DNA of 20,000 bases from an uncultured virus (IMG/VR IMGVR_UViG_3300045180_000051) (IMGVR_UViG_3300045180_000051), one strand, 5' to 3'; shown: positions 8,275 through 15,180, counted from the stretch's first letter. Program-made: numbers and translations. The notes: generated by a model not told the origin, from the letters alone.

Positions 8275-8318
8275 ATGGTTAGAAACTAGGGCGGAAAAAT
8301 GATGAGGCAAGATCAGAT

Positions 8319-8392
8319 AAAAACCCCGGCCAGCGGGGGCTGAACCGGGGCCGCGCACCGGGATTGAAGCTGAGGAGCTCGGGACGGCGCGC
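8319..8392 (-). ncRNA. Putative sRNA unit 7
   Basis: Minus strand reads GCGCGCCG..CGGUGCGC (with G:U), then GGCCCCGGU-U-CAGC-CCCC-GCUG-GCCGGGGUUUUU. Upstream TG-T-GAGAAT resembles an extended -10. Confidence 0.6.
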
Positions 8393-8433
8393 AGGCAAAT
8401 ATTCTCACAACCTTATGAAAAGGCAATGCTTCG

Positions 8434-9099
8434 CTAGAACTTGTAAGCAATGCCGAGTGTAGCGGTATGTTGGCTTAGACGGCGAGCCCAATCCCTAACA
8501 AGATCTTGTTTGCCGAAGTCGTTGTAACGATATGCAACGCGACCGATGATGTTTTGTGTGATTGCCCAATCCGCTCCAGCGCCAATGTTCCAGCCATTTC
8601 TGTCTATATCTGACTTGGCGTATGAAGAAAGATAACCCGGAGTGACGGCATCGCTCATTAGGCTAAACCAGCCCCGTGAGTATCCAGCAGTGATGTAGGG
8701 CAGATACTGTCCGAAGGCGTAGCCAAGGCGTCCATTGACCGACGCTGTCGCTTTTGACCGAAATCTCTCTTGGAAATAAGCATCGTCACTTGCGGTGTTT
8801 AACACCCAAGGAAGTTTGTCAGCTTTGAATTCGCCGCCTGTGAATTCTACGGAAACTTCTGGACCGAATACCCACTGGCCATGTTGGAAATTGTATCCGA
8901 CATAGCCGCCACCTGTGACGTTAGCGCCGTCCGCACTGTAATATTGGTTCCAAATATCAAACGGTGTGTCTGTCTTCGCTTTAGACCATCTCGCACCGAT
9001 GCTCACGCCCCCATAGATGCCGGACCAGTCAAATGTCTCGGCAACAGCGGTGTTCGTCCACGCGGCAGCGACAACGGTAACAATAAGTAAATGCTTCAC
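8434..9099 (-). CDS. Outer-membrane beta-barrel protein, Omp25/Omp31/RopB family
   Basis: 221 aa; GTG start with GGGGAG RBS; signal peptide; motifs 'FDWSGIYGG', 'GGYVGYNFQ', 'GRLGYAFG..LPYITAG' and 'GWNIGAGADWA'; C-terminal YKF BamA signal. Confidence 0.9.
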   Translation of the reverse strand: MKHLLIVTVVAAAWTNTAVAETFDWSGIYGGVSIGARWSKAKTDTPFDIWNQYYSADGANVTGGGYVGYNFQHGQWVFGPEVSVEFTGGEFKADKLPWVLNTASDDAYFQERFRSKATASVNGRLGYAFGQYLPYITAGYSRGWFSLMSDAVTPGYLSSYAKSDIDRNGWNIGAGADWAITQNIIGRVAYRYNDFGKQDLVRDWARRLSQHTATLGIAYKF

Positions 9100-9177
9100 A
9101 GAAATCTCCCCAAGCCTGCCCAGCGCGGAGAGTATGACGAGAATTTCAAATCTGCAACTCTAAGAAAGTAAATCGAA

Positions 9178-9258
9178 AAGGCTGCCGTCACTAAAGCGAT
9201 ACCGCATGTCTTCACGGATGAAGGCGACTACGTTTACAACCCGAAAGACCCGGGCGGC
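9178..9258 (+). pseudogene. Remnant N-terminus of a GH108-family lysozyme
   Basis: The frame from 9181 reads AAVTKAIPHVFTDEGDYVYNPKDPGG, matching the GH108 EGGY(V/S)xxPxDPGG motif. There is no start codon (TAA at 9169-71), and similarity ends after DPGG. Confidence 0.7.
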
Positions 9259-9302
9259 GTAGTGCCCGGCTGCACAATCTTCTTTTTTGTCTTAGCGAAA
9301 AA

Positions 9303-9662
9303 TTATTCGCACTGATACCGGGCCTCATACTGCGGCTCGAAGACAAGAGAAATGTCGTTAACCCGACAGGTGCGGCCCTTTGATGCTAGGAATGCTTCTG
9401 CCGCATCACGGTAGACCACTTCGGCGTTCATTGGATTGTAGGCTCCGAACGTTGCTCCTTTAACAACTCCACCTCCAAAGGAAGCGCCTAAGGTGGGAGT
9501 TATCATTAAGCGGTTTTCAGTCGGCTTATCGTAAATCCGATATCCAGTGCCTGATGGCGCTGTATACGACACCGGCTTAACGCTCGAATAGTGCTGCATA
9601 GCATAGTTCGCACCTGCGCATCCCGTCAGCGCTAGCAGCGCCACAATTCCCAAACGTTTCAT
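9303..9662 (-). CDS. Lipoprotein moron (119 aa)
   Basis: Likely start MKRLGIVALLALTGC (lipobox LTG-C) at 9662 with GAGGGCGGGA upstream. The longer ORF-track start overlaps the endolysin gene. Confidence 0.75.
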   Translation of the reverse strand: MKRLGIVALLALTGCAGANYAMQHYSSVKPVSYTAPSGTGYRIYDKPTENRLMITPTLGASFGGGVVKGATFGAYNPMNAEVVYRDAAEAFLASKGRTCRVNDISLVFEPQYEARYQCE

Positions 9663-9703
9663 TCCCGCCCTCACAAGTTGTGGCGGCAATCTAGGACAAT
9701 CAA

Positions 9704-10567
9704 ATGAACAAAACAACGTTCTTCGCGTATGCGAGGCGCGCGCCTTTTGGCGGCCGTTTGAGCCAGGCTCAGGTTGATGGCACATCGGCTATCTTGGCCG
9801 AAGCCGAGCGCCGCAATTTACCCGACGAGCAGACCGCCTATATCCTTGCGACTGTCTTTCATGAGACTGGCGGCAAGATGCAGCCGGTCATCGAGAATCT
9901 GAACTACACCAGTGCGGCGCAAATTCGGAAGACATGGCCAAAGCGCTTTTCGTCAATCGCATCGGCCCAGCCATATGTTCGCCAGCCTCAAAAGCTCGCT
10001 AATAAGGTCTATGGCGGCCGCATGGGTAACGACAGCGTTAATGACGGCTGGACTTATCGCGGGCGAGGCCTGCCTCAGATTACAGGCGAGGACAACTACA
10101 AGAAGTTCGGTATTGCCGATGCGCCAGAGAAGGCGCTGGAGTTAGCCACGGCAATCCGTATCCTCTTTGAAGGCATGGTGCTGGGCAAGTTCACTGGGCG
10201 CAAGCTGAGTGACTTTTTCGGCAAGGGCAAAACAGATCCTGAAGGCGCGCGTGTCATCGTCAACGGCACCGACAAGGCCACGCTGATCTCCGGCTATTAT
10301 CGCAACTTCCTAGACAGCCTGATTGCTGCGCGGGAAATGAAGGCCGCTGCTCCTGATGACGCCAAGCCTGACGACGTGCCTTTGCTCAAGGATAAGACGG
10401 TGCAGACCATCGTCGCAGCTGGTGGCGGTACGTTCTTGACTGGCCTTATCAGCGCCGTGTCGAACCCGTGGGCATTCTTGACAGTCGCACTAGTGCTCGT
10501 CGCCATCGGTGGCGGTTTCTGGCTCTGGCATACAGACAGGCTCGAACTGAAGAGGGTGGCGGCGTGA
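9704..10567 (+). CDS. Endolysin, glycoside hydrolase family 19 (chitinase-like), with C-terminal hydrophobic segments
   Basis: GH19 motifs 'YILATVFHETG', 'ENLNY', 'ANKVYGGRMGN', 'YRGRGLPQITG' and 'VNG'; AGGA RBS. Confidence 0.9.
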   Translation: MNKTTFFAYARRAPFGGRLSQAQVDGTSAILAEAERRNLPDEQTAYILATVFHETGGKMQPVIENLNYTSAAQIRKTWPKRFSSIASAQPYVRQPQKLANKVYGGRMGNDSVNDGWTYRGRGLPQITGEDNYKKFGIADAPEKALELATAIRILFEGMVLGKFTGRKLSDFFGKGKTDPEGARVIVNGTDKATLISGYYRNFLDSLIAAREMKAAAPDDAKPDDVPLLKDKTVQTIVAAGGGTFLTGLISAVSNPWAFLTVALVLVAIGGGFWLWHTDRLELKRVAA

Positions 10568-10746
10568 GGATCGTAATTGATTACGATGCTGATGCGCAGA
10601 CTGCTGAAGTCGCGATTGGCGAAAAGGTCCAGTGTTGGACCGGTGTGCACCTAACGCTCGCGCAAGGCATCACCGAAACTCGCGATGGGTATCTGATCCG
10701 CCGCGAATGCGACGGTTCGAAGTCCTTGCTTCTTACAGGAGAGTAA
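10564..10746 (+). CDS. Hypothetical phage protein (60 aa)
   Basis: GTGA overlap with the endolysin stop; MRIVIDYDADAQTAEVAIG...; abuts the next gene. Confidence 0.55.
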   Translation: MRIVIDYDADAQTAEVAIGEKVQCWTGVHLTLAQGITETRDGYLIRRECDGSKSLLLTGE

Positions 10747-10748
10747 GC

Positions 10749-10985
10749 ATGACCTTCCTCCTAGCACTTCGCTCCAAGTTGACAGGCTACGCCGTTGCTC
10801 TGAGCGCGGCGTTGGCCGTCCTTGTCAGCGCGTACCTCAAAGGCCGGTCCGACAGCAAAACAGCTCAGGCCGCGCGCGAAGCACAATCGGCAACCAAAGC
10901 ACGGAAGATAGAAAATGAAGTCAGCCGTCTTGATGACAGCGCTGTTGACGCTCGGCTTGCTAAGTGGATGCGCGACAAGCGGTAA
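10749..10985 (+). CDS. Inner-membrane spanin (Rz-like)
   Basis: AGGAG RBS and ATG at 10749; N-terminal TM followed by a helical periplasmic domain; overlapped by a lipoprotein gene. Confidence 0.65.
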   Translation: MTFLLALRSKLTGYAVALSAALAVLVSAYLKGRSDSKTAQAAREAQSATKARKIENEVSRLDDSAVDARLAKWMRDKR

Positions 10986-11100
10986 CTATTGCGATGTGGC
11001 GGGGGTGATCTACGCCAGCCACGACGACACGTCAGAAACCAAGCGCCAGATCCTGGCCGAGAATGAGAAAATGGAAAAGCTGTGCGGGGTACGGCCTTGA
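10915..11100 (+). CDS. Outer-membrane spanin lipoprotein (Rz1-like)
   Basis: Lipobox LSG-C with additional Cys residues; overlaps the 3' end of the i-spanin in another frame. Confidence 0.7.
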   Translation: MKSAVLMTALLTLGLLSGCATSGNYCDVAGVIYASHDDTSETKRQILAENEKMEKLCGVRP

Positions 11101-11102
11101 GG

Positions 11103-11285
11103 TCAGTTGCCCAAAGGCTCAGTCACTCCCGGGGTTTGCTCTTTCGGCATGAACGCCCGTCTCTCTTCGTATTTCACGATGAAGACTATAGCTGCCAGTG
11201 CAACAATCACCGGCACCGCGATGCATAAAACCCGCAGAACCGCACCGAAGATTTCTCCAATCAAACTGTTCGATACCTGTCTCAT
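11103..11285 (-). CDS. Small membrane protein (60 aa), moron
   Basis: Long hydrophobic segment (IFGAVLRVLCIAVPVIVALAAIVFIV); fills the gap between two + strand genes. Confidence 0.5.
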   Translation of the reverse strand: MRQVSNSLIGEIFGAVLRVLCIAVPVIVALAAIVFIVKYEERRAFMPKEQTPGVTEPLGN

Positions 11286-11364
11286 GCCGCAATCATATCA
11301 GCAAAGACCTTAAGCGAACACAAAGGGGCACATTAACTATGTTTAATCTAAAGAGAAACGAAGC

Positions 11365-11700
11365 ATGACCGGACCTGAAATCATGGGCGTTGTCGGCTTC
11401 ATCGTGATGCTCTTTGGCTTTTTGTTTGGCCTTTGGAAGTACGTCGACAGCAAGATCAACGCTGCGAGAAATGAAACGGCCGCCAAAGCCGAAGCAGCCA
11501 CAGCGCTCGCCGCACTGACGCGGCAGGAGCTGTCAGACTATAAGCTACGTGCGGCTGAGACCTTCGCCACAAAGGCCGGGATGCAGGAACAGACCTCGCA
11601 GATCATGCGCGCCATTGAAAGCGTCGCAAACCGCATCGACGGACTCACCGAGCGCATGGATCGTGTGTTTGAGCAGAAGACAACGCGGGCTAGGGGGTGA
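11365..11700 (+). CDS. Phage membrane protein with one TM and a coiled coil (possibly holin or antiholin related)
   Basis: N-terminal TM (VVGFIVMLFGFLFGLW) followed by heptad-like helices; adjacent to the lysis genes. Confidence 0.6.
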   Translation: MTGPEIMGVVGFIVMLFGFLFGLWKYVDSKINAARNETAAKAEAATALAALTRQELSDYKLRAAETFATKAGMQEQTSQIMRAIESVANRIDGLTERMDRVFEQKTTRARG

Positions 11701-11705
11701 GCGAT

Positions 11706-12470
11706 TCAGTTGGGCGCGGTAAAACGACGGAAGGATGGCGTCACATGATCTTCGCGATCCTTCTCAAGCATTCGCAACATGTTTTCACCGTACCCTGGCA
11801 CCGCATAAACACTTATCGTTCTAATATTGTTCTTCCCCAGTCCAGTCTTTAGGTAGTGCTCACTAACAGCTGTCGGACGTGGAGGACGTGGCGACAGTAT
11901 TTCAATAAAGCAGCCTCCGAACATAAACGTAAGGTTTACGCCATTCTTGTTTCGGAGGATGCGTGGCGAAAGCATTATCTTTGCTAAATTGACGTCATTG
12001 CCGTGAATATGATCAAATAATCGGCTTATTCTCACGGCATAATGAGCCAATGACTTGTGTGAATTATCCGAAAAAAGAGATTTGATTTGATCCTCGTGAT
12101 GACGGGATAATTTGAAATTCTGATAAAACTCAGCGTCACTTTTACTGGCTCGCCAAGCAACTGATAACATTGCACGAGAAATTGAACGAGCGTCGTTAGC
12201 ACATATAGTTCGTTGTCTATCTAATTTTTCAATAATTTGCTGCAGTGGTATATCAAAATTGACATTGAAATGGCTCTCACATTCAGCGCAGAGCATCGGG
12301 CAGTCACCGCTAGCTTGCGTTACGCTATTTGGAGAGTTGTCAGTTTTATATTTTACTGCCTGACCATTACTCTTTGCGGATCGAAAATAGCTGTTGGGAA
12401 TTGCATGTGATCTGGAGAGCTTTTTCTCTTGCTGGCAAAATGCGCAAACTCCGATTGTCGCCTTCGACAT
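11706..12470 (-). CDS. HNH-like Zn-binding putative nuclease (AT-rich moron)
   Basis: CAFC..SHAIP..LCAECESHFN pattern (CxxC/H/CxxC). Visibly lower GC than its neighbours and antisense to the flanking operons. Confidence 0.6.
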   Translation of the reverse strand: MSKATIGVCAFCQQEKKLSRSHAIPNSYFRSAKSNGQAVKYKTDNSPNSVTQASGDCPMLCAECESHFNVNFDIPLQQIIEKLDRQRTICANDARSISRAMLSVAWRASKSDAEFYQNFKLSRHHEDQIKSLFSDNSHKSLAHYAVRISRLFDHIHGNDVNLAKIMLSPRILRNKNGVNLTFMFGGCFIEILSPRPPRPTAVSEHYLKTGLGKNNIRTISVYAVPGYGENMLRMLEKDREDHVTPSFRRFTAPN

Positions 12471-12511
12471 GCAAATCCCCCCCCCCGAATCCTAAATTTC
12501 ACCCATCATAC

Positions 12512-12539
12512 TTGACGCCCCTTTCACTTCCACCACAAT
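12512..12539 (+). promoter_or_regulatory. Sigma70-like promoter for the rightward accessory operon
   Basis: TTGACG-N16-CACAAT upstream of 12590. Confidence 0.45.
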
Positions 12540-12545
12540 GACAAA

Positions 12546-12585
12546 TTGCGGGCCACCAACCCGCAAACCAATCAACACGAGGAGA
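12546..12585 (+). promoter_or_regulatory. Leader element copy 1: hairpin with CCACCAA loop followed by CAACACGAGGAGA RBS
   Basis: TTGCGGG-CCACCAA-CCCGCAA, then CAACACGAGGAGA; repeated at 15140-15180. Confidence 0.6.
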
Positions 12586-12589
12586 CTGT

Positions 12590-12874
12590 ATGTCCGAACA
12601 GGCACAGGGCGCGGGTGCGCGCGTAAATACGGGTGGGCCTGCCCATCCATTCCTTACATGGCAAAATCCGCAAGGGTTCCGTATAGGCAGTCTTCATGAA
12701 GGTCTGACGATACGTGATCATTTTGCGGGGCAGGCGTTGCAAGGTCTTATTGGCGGATCGCACCATGAGATGGCGACCTTCGCAGAGACGAACAATACAA
12801 CAATCGTAAAGGTGGCCGCCTCGTTAGCTTACGCATACGCCGACGCCATGATCGTTGCCAGAGGTGCCGCGTGA
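12590..12874 (+). CDS. Conserved hypothetical phage protein
   Basis: 'GGPAHP..GLTIRDHFAGQALQGL..AYAYADAMI' is a common phage small-protein pattern; GAGGAG RBS. Confidence 0.75.
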   Translation: MSEQAQGAGARVNTGGPAHPFLTWQNPQGFRIGSLHEGLTIRDHFAGQALQGLIGGSHHEMATFAETNNTTIVKVAASLAYAYADAMIVARGAA

Positions 12875-13584
12875 GTAAGACTTTTGCAGTCGCCGACCTT
12901 CACGGACGATACGATCTATTGCTGGCCGCAATCGAACGCATCGAACAAAGCAGCCACTCTGGTGGCACCATTGTATTCATGGGCGATTACGTTGACCGTG
13001 GGCCGCAAAGCGCACAGGTCATTGAACGACTGATGCAAGGGCCGGATGACCCGAAACGCTGGAAATGGGTATGTTTGCAGGGAAATCATGAAGAGATCAT
13101 GTTGACCTGCCTTTTCGCCACTGGCCTCGCGGGCTCGTATTGGATGCCGAACGGTGGCGGCGCGACACTTCTGTCGTACGGAGCAAAGGAAGGCGGATCT
13201 ATATCCTCAGCGCTCACGCTTGTTCCACAGTCGCACATCGATTGGCTTAAAGCCCTGCCTATGATCCACTTGGATGAGCATCGTGTGTTCGTTCATGCCG
13301 GCGTTGACGAGACTATCCCGCTCGATAAGCAGACGAAACAGACCATGCAATGGATGCTGTATCCAGATGGATATGAAGGCGGGCATCGCGAAAGGCACGT
13401 TGTTCATGGCCATCATCAATTTGAAGATGGCCCGTTGCTATTTTCAGGACGCACTGACCTCGACACCTTCGCTTGGTATACCGGCCGTCTAGTGGTCGGC
13501 GTGTTCGACGACAGTAAGCCCGGCGGCCCGGTCTCCACGATTGAGATCAAAGGCCCGTCAATACACGAGCTTCGAGGACAATAA
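12871..13584 (+). CDS. Ser/Thr protein phosphatase, lambda NinI/PPP-type metallophosphoesterase
   Basis: Motifs DLHG, GDYVDRG, GNHE, VHAG, HGH and DT. Confidence 0.9.
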   Translation: MSKTFAVADLHGRYDLLLAAIERIEQSSHSGGTIVFMGDYVDRGPQSAQVIERLMQGPDDPKRWKWVCLQGNHEEIMLTCLFATGLAGSYWMPNGGGATLLSYGAKEGGSISSALTLVPQSHIDWLKALPMIHLDEHRVFVHAGVDETIPLDKQTKQTMQWMLYPDGYEGGHRERHVVHGHHQFEDGPLLFSGRTDLDTFAWYTGRLVVGVFDDSKPGGPVSTIEIKGPSIHELRGQ

Positions 13585-14838
13585 ATGCTTTCCAAACAAG
13601 AACTAGCCCGCCGTGTTGCTGCATATCAGCAGCACGGCACGATAACGAAGGCTGCGCACGCGTGCGGCGTCAAGAAGTCTGCATTTCACGACAGCATCAA
13701 ACGCGCGGCTGAGCTCGGGCTGATGGGTCCGAAAGAAACGCTGCCCGGTTATACAATCAAAAGCCTGACCGAGACGCCGAACGGCACGTACATGCGCCAG
13801 ACGAAAGAGGCTGGCCCTGTCTACGAAGCGACTGCCGGTCTAGCGGTTAAAGGCAAGACGACGCTCGTTAACAGCGAAGGGCGCATCGTCACGCAGCACA
13901 TCATGGAACGTGCGGACGCCGACCAACAGCGTGCAGCAATCACGGCCATGGTTGAAGCACTAAAAGAAGATTTGCCGCGCGTTTCGATTATGCCGGCGCC
14001 AAAGGGGTGTCGCGAGGATCTGTTGAATCAGTTCACGATCACTGACAACCATTTCGGCATGATGTCGTGGCGCGAAGAAACTGGCAGCGATTACGATCTG
14101 CGGATTGCCGAGCAGCTATTGCTTGATTGGTTCTCTGCGGCTGTGGCACAGGCTCCCGACGCTCACACGGCCATTCTGGCGCAGTTGGGCGACCTTATGC
14201 ATCACGATGCGCTTGAAAGCGTCACGCCTGCCCACAAGCATGTTCTGGACGCTGACAGCCGCCTGCAGAAAGTCATTCGCATTGTGATCCGAACGATCCG
14301 CCGCATCATTGATATGCTTTTGCAGAAGCACGAGCGCGTTCATGTCGTGATGGCTTCGGGGAATCACGACCCGGCCTCATCCGCATGGCTTCGTGAGATG
14401 CTCGCCGTTATGTATGAAGACGAACCTCGCATCACTGTCGATAATTCACCGTCGCTCTATTACGCATTCGAGTGGGGCAGCACGATGCTTGCCTATCATC
14501 ACGGGCACAAGCGAGGAGTCGCAAATATCGAGGGCACGATTGCTGGCATGTTCCGTGGAATGTTTGGCCGCTCGCTACACGCCTACGTGCATATCGGACA
14601 CCGACACAGCGACGATGCCAGAAAAGGCACGCTGATGTATGTCGAGCAGCATGAAACGCTCGCAGCACCAGACGCTTATGCCGCTGGCGGTGGGTGGCTG
14701 TCTGGTCGATCAGCTAAACGGATAACCTATAGCAAGCAGTTTGGTGAAGTCGGTCGCGACATTCTCCGGCCCGAGATGGTCGCAGGGAAGTATGCGGCAT
14801 CTAATGATAATGCGAAAAGTCAAAGGGCTGCAGCCTAA
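13585..14838 (+). CDS. N-terminal HTH plus calcineurin-like metallophosphoesterase
   Basis: HTH-like 'GTITKAAHACGVKKSAFHDSIKR'; motifs TDNHFG, LGDLMH, GNHD, HHGH and GHRH. Confidence 0.8.
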   Translation: MLSKQELARRVAAYQQHGTITKAAHACGVKKSAFHDSIKRAAELGLMGPKETLPGYTIKSLTETPNGTYMRQTKEAGPVYEATAGLAVKGKTTLVNSEGRIVTQHIMERADADQQRAAITAMVEALKEDLPRVSIMPAPKGCREDLLNQFTITDNHFGMMSWREETGSDYDLRIAEQLLLDWFSAAVAQAPDAHTAILAQLGDLMHHDALESVTPAHKHVLDADSRLQKVIRIVIRTIRRIIDMLLQKHERVHVVMASGNHDPASSAWLREMLAVMYEDEPRITVDNSPSLYYAFEWGSTMLAYHHGHKRGVANIEGTIAGMFRGMFGRSLHAYVHIGHRHSDDARKGTLMYVEQHETLAAPDAYAAGGGWLSGRSAKRITYSKQFGEVGRDILRPEMVAGKYAASNDNAKSQRAAA

Positions 14839-14841
14839 CCG

Positions 14842-15078
14842 TCAGCCCTTTTGGGACGCTAGATAGTCTGCAACGGCCGCTCGAATTTCAGTTTCAAGTT
14901 GGCTGGTTTGTGCCAAAATTTCTTTCATGGCTAAATCCTTATTGTCGATGAATGGGGAACGCATCCTTCCGTCTATTGGTGGAGCTATTGGGCCATATTC
15001 CACGACCACCTTCTTGCCGGAGAACTGCACAGTGATGGATGCTGAGTTCCCAACGTACTTGGCGTCTAATATTTGCAT
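14842..15078 (-). CDS. Hypothetical protein (78 aa), moron
   Basis: GGAGG RBS upstream on the minus strand; fills the gap between + strand genes. Confidence 0.65.
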   Translation of the reverse strand: MQILDAKYVGNSASITVQFSGKKVVVEYGPIAPPIDGRMRSPFIDNKDLAMKEILAQTSQLETEIRAAVADYLASQKG

Positions 15079-15139
15079 ATCGGCCTCCCTGATTGTTTAT
15101 CAGTGTAGGCTGGGAAACCGCATCAAGACAATACCAACC

Positions 15140-15180
15140 ACGCCGCCCACCAAGCGGCGTTTCACCACAACACGAGGAGA
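15140..15180 (+). promoter_or_regulatory. Leader element copy 2: hairpin with CCACCAA loop followed by CAACACGAGGAGA RBS
   Basis: ACGCCGC-CCACCAA-GCGGCGT, then CAACACGAGGAGA. Confidence 0.6.

Larger units (their letters stand above)
7598..8392 (-). repeat. Tandem array of 7 structurally repeated hairpin units (putative sRNA array)
   Basis: Recurring + strand pattern A-tract-CCCC(A/G)..loop..(C/T)GGGG followed by a second hairpin, with a period of about 100-155 nt and AT-rich spacers. No credible ORF. Confidence 0.85.

Noticed and set aside
7542..8358. ORFs 7542..7727(-), 7890..8099(+) and 8122..8358(-)
   Set aside because: They lack convincing RBSs, have low-complexity translations and run across the hairpin units; likely spurious.
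7598..8392. CRISPR array or type III toxin-antitoxin (ToxI-like) repeat interpretation
   Set aside because: There are no near-identical direct repeats, the period is irregular, conservation is structural rather than sequence-level, and no cas or ToxN-like gene is in the window.
7598..8392. Simple stack of terminators or REP elements
   Set aside because: Not fully excluded. However, each terminator-like hairpin has an unusually long loop and a partner hairpin, and most units have a promoter-like spacer, which termination alone does not require.
9663..9785. N-terminal extension of ORF 9303..9785
   Set aside because: It overlaps the endolysin gene; the lipoprotein signal peptide starts at 9662.
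11333..11346. CtrA box TTAA-CTATGT-TTAA
   Set aside because: The spacer is 6 nt, not the canonical 7.
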